NCBI GenBank assembly: GCA_002269645.1
Contig: NIVC01004973.1
Coordinates: 1 to 29,754 of the forward strand
Reading direction: 5' to 3'
Source of the DNA: Macrostomum lignano
Lineage: Eukaryota
DNA length: 29,754 bases
In this document: positions 1 to 11,563 of the stretch, one piece after another
Position numbering within the stretch: the first letter of the stretch is position 1
How the letters are laid out: every line of letters begins with the position of its first letter
Translations under genes and position numbers: made by a program
The notes under the pieces: generated by a model
Told to the model about the DNA's origin: nothing
Database searches by the model: none
The model's input: only the letters and a program-made list of their open reading frames with translations

Positions 1-37
1 CGTGTAGTGGATTAGCTTGCACAGCTTTTAAGACAAT

Positions 38-2219
38 TTCTAGGGAGGATGAGATGAGATGAAATGAGAACTGGGAGTTTCATTAATTAGGAAGCAGCCA
101 AGCTTACAATGTCCAGAGCCGGACGAGTCCTCCACAACAGTCGCAGGTGGTCCATTCTCCACTGTTGGTGGAAGCCACCTGAATGGTTTGAAGAGTTCGT
201 TACAGGGCGGGGATTAGTGCAGTCTTAATTTAGCCAACGACATATCTACAGATACTATTCGAATAGCTTAGCAATTTTCACCATCACTTGTCCAGACTGA
301 CTGTCGCTGGTGCTATCGGATCTCCTTCTGGAGCCGACGAGGCTGAAAGAATTTAGCAGTAATTTTCGAGAGATTGTAATATAGAATAAATTGTGAGATC
401 AGAGCCGAGAGTATAATGCACTAGATGTAGAATGTAGAGCTACTGAGTCCATCAGAGTCCTCTTGTCAAAAGATGATGTCCAAAGAGATTAGTATATCAG
501 CGCTTAGTGAGACTAGACGATAGTCTAAAGAGACTGGATCTCAGTGTATAGTGGAGACTAGATAGTCTAAAGAGACTGGATCTCAATAGTGAGACTAGAT
601 GATAGTCTAGATAGATTGGATCGCAGTCTCAGAAGCCCGTGTATATAACTCTGAGAGAACAAGGAATATCATAAGATGAGAAACTAATTTAAGAAATTGA
701 ACGCAAATCTTACACTGTCCAGAGCTGGACGAGTCCTCCACAACAGTCCAGGTGGTCCATTCTCCACTGCTGGAGGAGCCTGAGGTGCGGATGATTATCA
801 GTTGGTTTTCTTACAGTTTCAATGTTAAATCATAATTATAATCGGGTTATTCGTGCACACTTATTGGACTAACCCTCACTGCTGCCGCCGCCAGACCTCT
901 TTCTGGAGCTGCCGGAGCTGGATGACGCTAAAATCATTGTGAGATGGTCAGTTGCTAAATTCGGTTGTCAACTGTAAATGGAATACTGAAGACTGAGGAC
1001 TAAGGGAAGGTATTGGAATCAGGGAAAGCATAGGAATCAGGGGAATCAGGGGAATCAGGGGGAAGCAAAGGAAGCAGGGAAAGCAGGGGAATCAGGGGGA
1101 AGCAAAGGAAGCAGGGAAGCAGGGGAAGCAGGAAAAGCAAGGGAAGCAGGGGAATCAGGGGAAGCAGGGGAAGCAGGAAAAGCAAGGGAAGCAGGGGAAT
1201 CAGGGGAATCAGGGGAATCAAGGGAATCAGGGGAAGCAGGAAAAGCAAGGGAAGCAGGGGAATCAGGGGAATCGGGGGAATCAGGGGAATCAGGGGAAGC
1301 AGGGGAAGCAGGGGGAGCATGGGAATCAGGGGAAGCAGGGGAAGCAGGGGGAGCATGGGAAGCAGGGACTCAGGGGAATCAGGGGAAGCAGGGGAAGCAG
1401 GGGAAGCAGGGGAAGCAGGGGAAGCAGGGGGAGCATGGGAAGCAGGGGACTCAGGGGAAGCAGGGGAAGCAGGGTGAGCATGGGAAGCAGGGGACTCAGG
1501 GGAATCAGGGGAATCAGGGAAAGCAGGAAAAGCAAGGGAAGCAGGGGAATCGGGGGAATCAGGGGAATCAGGGGAAGCAGGGGAAGCAGGGGGAGCATGG
1601 GAAGCAGGGGACTCAGGGGAATCAGGGTAAGCAGGAGAAGTGATACATGTAGAGGATTTAGCAAAAACAAAGGCCAAGCAGCAACTTACAGCTGGAGTCG
1701 CCACCAGACGTGTCCACAACCCACTCGGTCCACGAAGTGGACACCACGGATTGGACGTCGTCACCTGATGATTATCGCACAGAGGATTTAGTATATTAGC
1801 AATCTATACAGTTGATTTGTTGATTTTCGAACAGTCTTCATATTTATTTACCCGACTTCGCGTCTCCGGAGCTCGTGCTCCACTCAGTCCACTCGCCCCA
1901 TACGGTCTCTAGAAACAAGAAAGTATTGGTCAGGAGTACATACATGTACGGTGGAGTGAGCGCTTGGCACCAGCATTTATATTACGGGCTTCACACCTAC
2001 GCTAACATATCTTCAAGTCAAGTAAGTCAAATTCTATCAGCTTACCTTCGCTTGAGGCCACTGTGACTCCAATGCAGAATACTGCAGTGAAAAAATGTGT
2101 TCGGAACTTGGTAACTTTTTCTCTATTGACAGCAAAAGAACAGCAACAACAAAAGCAGAAACAAGTCACCAACCTGCAAGGAGCAGCACGCCGAGTTTTT
2201 GCATTCCTGGCGCGCTCAT
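38..2219 (-). CDS. Small secreted Ser/Gly-rich protein with repeated WxxW motifs, encoded by micro-exons (about 153 aa if two exons are frame-corrected)
   Basis: Manual splice assembly: exons 2219-2174, 2081-2046, 1908-1852, 1764-1690, 927-880 and 779-714 all have GT..AG phase-1 junctions, and the five internal ones have lengths divisible by 3. They give MSAPGMQKLGVLLLAVFCIGVTVASSEETVWGEWTEWSTSSGDAKSGDDVQSVVSTSWTEWVVDTSGGDSSSSSSSGSSRKRSGGGSSSSSSGEWTTWTVVEDSSSSGQ. Exons 342-282 and 178-108 are homologous to earlier exons but carry indels. A final acceptor (..CCTCCCTAG, exon from 39) creates a split T|AA stop. Confidence 0.75.
505..625. repeat. Degenerate tandem repeat, about 3 copies of a 35-40 bp unit (GAGACTAGATAGTCTAAAGAGACTGGATCTCA..)
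   Basis: Unit visibly repeated inside an intron of the micro-exon gene. Confidence 0.7.
1005..1636. repeat. Intronic 9-bp minisatellite (CAGGGGAAG / CAGGGGAAT variants)
   Basis: Dozens of G-rich 9-mer copies lying between micro-exons 1764-1690 and 927-880. It explains the Pro/Leu and GSR/GIR pseudo-ORFs. Confidence 0.95.
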
Positions 2220-3259
2220 CTTCTTCCCGGCTTCGTCAACTTTCTACTTGAGCCGACTCAACCAGGCCGTCTTATTTCCAACAGAGATCTACTTAGTAAA
2301 TGTTGAAAAGTATCTTTGCTTCACTCGAACGGAGCTGCGGTCTTGTAGTTGCTAACCAAACTATTTGCAAGATTGGTCGTTAGAAAATCAAATCTCGGAC
2401 GAGACTTTCAAACGAGCGTGAAGGAGCGGTGACTCCGATCCGCAAGGTCAATTTATAACAAACTTGGTTGGCGCCGTTTTGACCAGCTGTCGCGTCAAAA
2501 ACGAGACCCGTTTTCGACCACACCCACTGCAGTGGACGCTATGCCGGTCGTAAAAACCTGCTGCGGCTGCGATCGCCCACATTCGCTAAAGAACTGCTTC
2601 AAAAGAAAATTTTCACTCGTCAGCAAATTTTTTTAAAGTAGAAAAAAGTGTTTTCTCCCCTTTGACGGCAACAGCCGATCATCGATTTTATTTTTTCGGA
2701 TTTACGCAAATGCTCGTCAGCTCATTCGCCACACAGGCAGCTAGCGACAGCTTGTTAGTCATCGTAAAATCTTTCTGCAATATCGAATCTGTTGCTACGT
2801 GGCGGTCGCTTGAAAATTTCTGCTTACCTTTCATTTTTTCTGTCGTTTATTGCTCAAAACGTTTTTATAGTTTCAGAGGAGGAATAAAGTACCGAAAAGG
2901 CGCGAACTAAATTTTGGTGGATTAAAGTTCTGTAAACTTACGAATTTACCTTCGTCTGATAGTAGCCTAAAGCTGAATTGTCGCCCTAAAGATGGCTTGT
3001 TTGTTTGGGGATGCTTGAACTAAGGACCACTGTACAATCGTAGTATACCAGAACGTAAAACTCAAGATCCTTGATCTATGCAACATGTTGATTTATCACT
3101 GATTATTATGCGATGAAAAAATGATTGTTTCCTATCCCCGCAGTGAATTTTTTCAGGGAATAGGCCTCCTAAAATTACACGATCTTCGAGTTTTGCGTCC
3201 TGTTATACTATATATACGATTATGCCTGATGCAACACATGATGTACATATGAGGGGACA

Positions 3260-3649
3260 TGCCAATGCTTTGTCCCCGCGCCCCCACCCCACCTTTTGAC
3301 CCATTATGGAAATCAATAATTTTGCTTCAGGGTGACAAAACGTAGCGCCTGCAGGATCAAAATAAGTGCATGTGGCGCTAAAATGAGTGCCTGTGGCGCT
3401 AAAATGAGTGCCTGCGCGCTAAAATGAGTGCCTGTGGCGCTAAAATGAGTGCCTGTGGCGCTAAAATGAGTGCTGGCGGCGCTAAAATGAGTGCCTGCGG
3501 CGCTAAAATGAGTGCTTGCGGCGCTAAAATGATTGATGATAACACAGATTCGGAAATAATGTACATTTAGGAATTTAGTCATGTACATGTACATGTATAA
3601 TTCTCGGCTTTTGTCCTCCCCCACTATAAAATCCATGGCGACGCCCCTG
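3260..3649 (-). mobile_element. Possible non-autonomous DNA transposon remnant hosting the 21-bp array
   Basis: On the minus strand it begins CAGGGGCGTCGCCATGG (3649-3633), a GC-rich MITE-like terminus. The opposite end and TSD could not be resolved. Confidence 0.3.
3360..3530. repeat. 21-bp tandem repeat GGCGCTAAAATGAGTGCCTGT, about 8 copies
   Basis: Directly visible head-to-tail units with minor variants. Confidence 0.92.
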
Positions 3650-3899
3650 GTTAAGTGAGTTGGCTTAAAATTTCATATCATCTACATGTATAATGTACAG
3701 TGCAAGGACAACTTGATAACTCAGGACCGGAAACGAGCCAATTCATGGCGAAAAAAGTATGAGGCTCGTTTAAAAGCATTGTTCTATGGTTTACCATACT
3801 AACAACGCTTCAGTCAAAGATTGATTGTTTAACGATGATTGAAAATTTTGCCATAGACAATTTATTTTATATGTATTGTACTAAACGTTCAATGCATGA

Positions 3900-4270
3900 A
3901 AAACATTAGGAATAGAAAATCATAGGAAAGCTACGCATTTTAACACATGCGCTAACAAATACATGGATGAACAAAACAAAAAGCATAGATGAACTAAATA
4001 CGCATTTTAACACAAACTGTGCGTTAACAAATTAAGCGTGAAAAACGTAGAATACGCATTTTTACATACATTTAAACAAATTAAGCGTGGAAAAACGTAG
4101 AATACGCATTTTTACATACATTTAAACAAATTGAGAGCATAGAAAAACGTAGAATATGCACTTTACACACACGTCACCAAATTGAGCACAGAGAAACAGA
4201 ATACGCATTTAAGCACACATTTAAGCAAAACCAAGCATAGAATAAACATAGAATGCATTTTAAAATGTGT
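3900..4270. repeat. Degenerate ~50-bp tandem array inside the CAAGG transposon
   Basis: Unit AACAAATTAAGCGTG(G)AAAAACGTAGAATACGCATTTTTACATACATTTA is near-identical twice (about 4026-4125) with diverged neighbours. Confidence 0.8.
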
Positions 4271-4349
4271 GTAGTGAAGCATTAAAAGCAATTAGCTAAT
4301 TGTTATGACACATCAGCATTTATCAAATCACATTTCTTCTCCCGTGACT

Positions 4350-4910
4350 TACGTCCCCTTGATTTATTGAAAGGTGCAATTATCGAATTTGCCGTTGAAA
4401 TTGAGAATGATGCTTGTTTTCTCGTCACGGTCCTTAGTTGTCATCTGCACGATCTCAGATGTATCAGCAGCATCACCCACGTCACGACAGCAGCTACGGA
4501 AGCTCCGGTTGAAACATTGACATGGGATTAGAATGTATCCAGAACCGAATGGTCATCCATCGTAGGATCTTCTAAGAAACGGATGAACTCCGCTAGGTCA
4601 GCGTCGCCAGCGTGGTCGGTTGCACTCAGCAGAGAAAGGAAATCCATTTCGCTTGAAGACACTCCATTAACTAGAGAATCAGTAGGCAGATTTTTCCATT
4701 TTATTAGATGCATTTTAGTGGTTGATGTTAAAGCAAGCAAGCTTATATCAAGCCACAGTCCCCTGCATTTCTCTACTCTATATTCACTCGATAGTCTATG
4801 GTACAGTTGGAATCGCTCCATAGCGCTTCCTATGGCAGTGTCGATGTCGTTGTCAATGTCTATGGCCAAAACCTGCGCAGTCTAGGACGTTTCTGATTCG
4901 CTGAGACATC
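4350..4910 (-). pseudogene. Interrupted ORF of unknown function carried inside the CAAGG transposon
   Basis: The 113-aa ORF at 4869-4528 is flanked by frame-shifted coding-like segments (MSQRIRNVLDCAG upstream; ..IILNFNGKFDNCTFQ* downstream). No family recognised. Confidence 0.4.
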
Positions 4911-6900
4911 GTTAAACAATCGGCGTTAAACAACGCTTCAGCGTTAAACAATGCTTCTAGTCGAGTATGCTAAACGATAGTGACAATAAGTCTATACATA
5001 CGGTACTTACCTCTAGTACCGTATGTATAATCTCCCATTGTGTATTTTCACGACGGTTACTTTATGTAATAAAACTATTCAACATTTAAGAAAACCGACC
5101 CTGCACCCGCCTTCTGACTGCCTATCAAAAAGTCAAATATGATACGAGTATACATTGGCAACTGAAAGCATGCGCATACGCACGGGCCATAGAACAATGC
5201 TTTTTAACGAGCCTCATACTTTTTTCGCCTTGAATTGGCTCGTTTCCGGTCCTGAGTTATCAAGTTGTCCTTGGTACAGTGATATATGCGTATAGGACTT
5301 GGGTTTTAAAATTGACATAAAAATCGGTTTGCAGAAACTATACATTATAAGGTAGGATTAAATTGACCCTGCAGAACATAAAACTATCGAGATTGTAAAA
5401 TTCAAATCAAACAGTTTAACTTTTGCTACATGTACATTCTACGAATCCCACGGCAGATGCACATGCAAGAGTATTTGACTGCTAACAAGTATCCTCCTGG
5501 GATGTACAGTAGTATAAAGAATCAACAAAATGTAAATGCATGTTGAAGTAGAGGCGTACATGTAGTAAGAACAGCTTATGTATGTGAGCGTACTGCAATC
5601 TTAAAATATAGTACATATATGTACTTGTGGCGTGTAAGTCATTTTCCTCGAAAGACCCGACATTACATGCACAATGTGCAAAATGCAATCTACAAAATGC
5701 AATCTGAACGTACATTGTCTTCAGTTTGCAACCTGAATGCAATAGTACTCCAGTGTTACAATGTCAAAGTCGGTTATTCAAGTCGGCATTAACTTTGAAA
5801 ATTTTCAAATGTCTTTCGAAATGTCTACGAGTACGTAATAAAGATACTGTAGTTAATGTTGATATTCTAAATTAAATCTATTGGAGCACTGGATTATTAA
5901 AACAAAACGACAATATTAGCACTCTGAAATATCTCAAAGTATCAGCCTAAATACAGTAACAAAGACCAAGTCTAAAAAGGGCATTTATTATTTTTAATAT
6001 ACAATTCAGAACAGAACTGGTAAGCGCACAATATTTATTAATAATATTTCAATTAGAAACGATAAACAAGCCCTCTAAAAAGACCAACAGCCTCAATAAC
6101 TACGGGACCAGGTAGGAATTTCTAGCAGTTAAAAACCCTGAAATAAATATAAACAAACAATGTTGAATTGAGAATTTAATGACGCAAGTTAATAAATAAT
6201 TGTATTCTTATATTATATTAACAGAATAAAATCTACTGACAATTTATCTTTGTATCCAAATAATCAAGAGTAATTTCTCAGTTAGCTTCTGGAGTTGTCC
6301 CAGAACAAGATGAGGGACTTCACAGCTAGGGAACAAGTTGATGACTCGGTAGGCCTTCCACCTCATAAACCAAAAGCTTGTGCATACGCAAGACTGACGG
6401 CTGAGTTAAAATAGGATTCACAACACAAGTTTGTAGCAGAGTAAACTATTATAGTAGAGATACACACCAATGAAAATATAGGGAATCAAAGTGATTAATT
6501 AGATAACGCAAGTATTTATTAATTATTATTACACATAATTTCGGGTATTAGAAGCCGCTGCACAGTTTATAACCTGATTACACTACTTACCAAGTAAGCA
6601 GCATCAACGGCGCCACACCCGCCGGGATTCTGAAGTAGTGTTTTTATACCTTTTCTAACTTTCAATTTACGAAGGAACATATTTTAGTACGCTATATTTT
6701 GTTGAATCCAAACCAGACTTGATATAACTATCAGAGTTCCTCCTACTAGTGAAATGTTGCCAATAAGTTTGTGTTACACAATAATGTACATGCCAACCCC
6801 AATAATAGTAGTTTAAAAAAGTAAAAAGCCACGAATTAGATCCGACCCGTAATTAATTCTTCATCAAGTGTGCAAGGATGTCGGCACAGAGCCGGCCCTC

Positions 6901-9820
6901 TCAGTTGCCCTCGCTGGCCAGCTGGGCCATGATCTCCCGCTCCAGCTCGTCGTCTTCTTCTCCGGCAGGCCCAGCAGCAGCAGCAGCGGATTTAGTCTGC
7001 TCAGAATTGACCAGCTCAAATTCTTTCAGCTCGCGTTGCAGCTCGCCTTCCCAATCGTCCGCATCCTCGCCACCAGCTGCCGATCCGACAGCAGTGGCGG
7101 CGGTGCCGCCGCCGATTTGCTGGCGTTCAACTGAGGACAGGGCGGCTGGCTGCTGGTTTGCCAGCTCCGAGCTGGCGAAGTCGCCACAGTCCGCTCCGTC
7201 GTTGTCGTCGTCATCCTCGTCGGCAGCTCCAGGGATGGCTGCTCTTGGAGAGTCTCTCGACGAAGCCGGGGAGGACCGCAACTGCTGCTGCTGCAGATAA
7301 GCCGACGAAGACGAAGGCGGAGGCGAGACTTTCTCGTAGCCGGCGTCGCTCGAAGTCGACGCGGAATCGGCGGCAGCGGCTCCGCCGGCATTCGCAGCCG
7401 CGGCGACTGCCGAGGCTGAACCGCTGAAGGCGGCATTGGATCTGGCCAGGGCCGACAGCTGCGAGGACTGACGGATGAGGCTCACCTGGGCGATGAGGCA
7501 CCGGGGGAGGGGTGCTGAGACTGGGCCAGTAAAGGGCAGCAATAAAACAGCATCAAAGTAATTTGGGGAAAGAGGAGGTTGAGCCCTGTGAAAACGGTCA
7601 AGAAGCGCCCCAGAGTTGTTGCAGGTGGTACAGGTAAAATAAGACAGACAAAGAAGTGATTTTCAACGTTTTTTAAACGACGAGATGTCACGTTACAAGT
7701 CGGCAAGAAGTCGTCAAAGAGTTGCCCAAGAGTCGAGTTGAGGCGTTTTAGTCTGCGACGCCAGTGACTCTGGCGCGACGGTATAGCGACTATCATACAT
7801 GCTTAACACCTGGCCGATTCGGCCGGGTGGCGAGAGGTCTGGCCAAAGTAAATCGCAAGAATGCTAATCCGAAAAAAACGTTGTACCAATTAGATGACGA
7901 GGTGATTGGCCTTAATAATACAGTTATAGTTACTCCTTTCGTTTACCCAAAATTACGGTAATTTTTGCTTCAGGGTTTTTTCATAGGCAAGTCGCATTTT
8001 TGGTCAAAAAGTAAGTCGCACGGCCGGGTGAAACTTTAAAGCTAGGCATGTATGGCGACTATGGAGCGGAAGAGTCGTAGTTGAGGCGTGCTAGATTTGC
8101 TGAAGTCACTGAGTTGTGTTTGAATTTGCGTCGCTTGATGAGTTATGAGTCAAGTCTCTAGCAAAGTTTAGCGCTAACACAATGCCTATTGGACGACTCA
8201 CGTTTTCAAACTCAAACTTAAATCAATTCAAACTCTTACCCTATAGAAATAATTCCGCCAGAATTCGGCCTCTTTAACGCGTTTCGGCACCAATTCGAAT
8301 CGCATCTTGCGCAAATTATCGTCAACTTCTAGCGTTGCCATGGCAACAGGCGAGCAGGACTCCAAATCGAAGGAGAAACTGGCGCCCTGCGGCGGACTGC
8401 GCAGAAAATTCCTAGTATCCTTGCTCAGAGCCAGAATCTGCTCGCGCAGCTGCTCTTCGTTCTCGTAGCCAACCCAGGGCGGCACGGCGGCCTCGGCCCG
8501 CGCCCGGCGCTCCGACTGGCTGCTGGCGAATTCCTTCTGCTGCCGATCGAACTCTTCGACAATGTTGGGCGCCGCGGCCAGCTGCTTGGCTTTGCTGGTG
8601 ACACTGGTTGTGGCTCGCTTGCCGAACGTGTAGATATATGAGCCAAGGTCCTTGGCCGTGTGCAGCAGCTCCTTTGACGGGTCCTTCTGCTGCTGCTGGT
8701 GTTCAGTTGGGGAATGAGAATGGCTAATTAAGAGATATTCAACGAATTGAACGCGAAGGCTGAAGGTTCAGAAGCTCCGCGTGGGTGAAGGTCAGTGACT
8801 AACGAAGGGATATTTGATGCAGACAAATTTGGTCGACATGCTGATAAAATTTAAAGGCTTGGCAAGGCAGCACATTTGCGTGTAAGCTACTTTCAGTTCA
8901 GTAGTAAGTTACGCTTAAAGCATTTTAATGTGTCTTTTTAAGACAAGGCTCTTTTGTTGGCTCTTACCCCCGTCAGGCATAAAACCTTAAACTCCCAATT
9001 TTTATTACCTTCCTCGGTTGTTCCAGCTCTAATCTGCCATGTACATTTCAGACTCAGTGGCTAATGTAAATTATGGCTGAACCAATTAGCAAGCTGTTTA
9101 CGTCTGAAAGCTTGGCTTCTAAACTTATCAGTCATCTCAATTGCCTTTATTCTCTTAAAATAGCTTATATATTCTTCATTGCTACTGAACTGAAAGTAGA
9201 AAGCTGTTTTGCTAAGCATTTATGCCTGAGTGGCCTATCTAGACACTCAGTATCTGTGGGCTGCACTGAATACACTGACTGGTGCTTATGGGAAACATCA
9301 AACCTTCTGACAGAATCGTTGAATATCTCGACCGTCTGGAGGGCTGGCGACTTGATTCTTGTTTGAGAAAGTGCGAAAAAATTTTCAGGGGAGGGGATAC
9401 CCTTTGGTAGTTTTAATGTTAAAAAGGATATTTTTTTCAATTTTGTACCGTGACTGATGACGCAAAAGTCAGGGACACTATACACCTGTAAGTATGGTCC
9501 ATGATCACTAAAATAGTTTTAAATTTTGGCTGCCATTCAAGCTTAAGTATTTCTGAATATGCTTAGAAAAATTTAATACAAATTAGTTTATGAGCCTATA
9601 TAGCTCATTGACATAGAATATAGCAAGTATCAAATAAAAGACTCTGTCTTACCCCAGTCTCCTTTCCAGAGATATTGGCATCAACATTCACACCTGGCTC
9701 TGTTTCCTGCTCAGACAGATTTTTCTTATTAGCCAAATGAGCAGCATCTTCATCATTGTCTGTTGGTGCAGCTGCTGGAGTGGCACCGGCACCCCACCAG
9801 TTTTTTACACTGGATAGCAT
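6901..9820 (-). CDS. SYAP1: Synapse-associated protein 1 / Sap47 (BSD domain), 3 coding exons, about 402 aa
   Basis: Exons 9820-9653, 8695-8240 and 7485-6901, all phase 0 with GT..AG. Family motifs: [59 protein letters not shown] and the C-terminal DDWEGELQRELKEFELV. Confidence 0.93.
7794..8054 (+). mobile_element. MITE, CATACATGC family, copy 1 (SYAP1 intron 2)
   Basis: Termini CATACATGC / GCATGTATG and a perfect 8-bp TSD GCGACTAT (7786-7793, 8055-8062). Confidence 0.9.
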
Positions 9821-9995
9821 GTTCTTTTAGCCTTTTTGTTGAATTAGACCAGCTTACATTAATAGTAAAACAATTTATAAACCAATTAAACAATTTATAA
9901 TATATATAGAACAAAGCAATGTTTAAAAAAGATATAGGTATGTCAATTTAAATATTTAAATTTTTTTGCCTTAACTATTGAATATCTTTTTTGAT

Positions 9996-10285
9996 CATAC
10001 ATGCGCAACTGCTGGCCGACCTGGCCGCCATAAATTGTGGTGGACCAGGGGTAAGTCGCAAAAATGCCCACCCTAAAGAAGAATGGAAAAAGAAGAAAAG
10101 AATACAGACATAGTACTAATTAGATGACGAGGCATTTAGCCCTTTTAAGAGAGTCATAGTTACTCCTGCCGTTTACCCAAAATTGCGTTAATGTTGCTCT
10201 AGGGTTTCTTTCACAGGTAAGTCGCATTTTTGGTCAAAAAGTAAGTCGCACGGCCAGTGTAAATCAGGGGGGTTGCGCATGTATG
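9996..10285 (+). mobile_element. MITE, CATACATGC family, copy 2
   Basis: Perfect 14-bp TIR CATACATGCGCAAC. TSD matches 7/8 (TTTTTGAT / TTTTTTAT). Shares internal blocks with copy 1 (AATTAGATGACGAGG; AAGTCGCATTTTTGGTCAAAAAGTAAGTCGCACGGCC). Confidence 0.87.
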
Positions 10286-11563
10286 TTTTTTATATTTGTT
10301 TTTTGATCACTCTTTTCTATTTTATTGCATTTATTTTATACTTTTTTTTCATGCATCCACTTTATAAAGTTTGTTGGTACTTAGTTGATTGTGTTTATGA
10401 GATATTTGCCTTGTCTCTTAGCTATGTGTTGCATATACTTTAACAACAATAAATATAAAGAAACTAGTGCAAAGATAACAAAGGAAAAGATAGTTTTTTC
10501 ATCGCAAGTCAAAGAGAACCCTAACTCTTGACTTAATCATGCTTTAAAAAGCTTAGTCCATATAGCCATATATTGAGAAGTCTTCTCTTCCAATATTTAG
10601 AGAAATTAAATTATAATTAACTGATTAGCTATGCTAAGGCAAAAAATGAATTGCATTTTTGGCAATCTCTTACTTTACTACATTAAATTGTGATTTTTTT
10701 CATTAGGTCATTATGAGATTGTTATAAGTATTAAGCAAGCAAGTCAATAATAGTTTGCCACCTAGTAGAGAAAGTTGCCAAACTCTTTCCCTAGAAAAGG
10801 CAGCACAATAGATACTCATTCAATTGGCTCTCAAATAGCCATATAGTTATTTTGCAAGCTATTGTAGGTCCACAATATGTCAATTATTATGTAAATGCTA
10901 AACCTAAAAACAAGAAAACTAAATAACTTAACCACAATGAGACTGATGGCACAATTTTGTGCCAAGCTAGCAAAACTGCCCCCAACTAACACCTGGCCCA
11001 GACTGGTGGATTAGAGCAGTCAAACTCTTTTCATGACTGCTCTTCTATACCACCACACCTATTCCCAACAGCTTGGTTTGATATCATGCCATGGAATTTT
11101 TTAGTTCAAGTTTTTAAGCTTGTATACAAACTTCTTGACTGAAGCAACTTTTCAAGTAGTCTTTGCCAAGTAGATTTTGACACACAGCCCTAATGTTTCT
11201 ACCAGTGCAGTCAAACTTGTCTTTAGCCTTATAGCATTGTATTACTAGCAGCATTGTACTTGGACGAGCATAGTATAAATTAAATCATAAGCTCTGAGTC
11301 TGATTCAGAGACCAACAATGTGACAGAGTCCCCAATAGTTACTGATGATGAGTCTCTAAGTGACTATGAAGAGCTGTATTTAGACATACATGAAGAACAG
11401 AACCTTGTAGTTCCACCTGGTAATTGGGTGCTTATACTCTGTTTCATACCCTTTATTGCATTTTTTCAAACTCTTGAATAGTTATACTGTTGCAACACCA
11501 ATATATCAGGTCCATCAACATATGTTTTCTGGCTCTCTTGGTTTTCACATTATTTATACAAGC

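Larger units (their letters stand above)
3703..5273. mobile_element. Non-autonomous cut-and-paste DNA transposon (hAT or P superfamily), 1571 bp
   Basis: Near-perfect 87-bp terminal inverted repeats (TIRs; 3703-3789 and 5187-5273) starting CAAGG, and a perfect 8-bp TSD GTACAGTG (3695-3702, 5274-5281). No transposase motif recognised. Confidence 0.93.

Noticed and set aside
1000-1791. ORFs 1000-1764, 1326-1670 and 1435-1791
   Set aside because: Translations of the 9-bp minisatellite. Only 1764-1690 is used, in a different frame, as a micro-exon.
6868-7501. Overlapping ORFs on both strands around SYAP1 exon 3
   Set aside because: Shadow frames of a GC-rich exon. Only the 6901 minus frame matches SYAP1.
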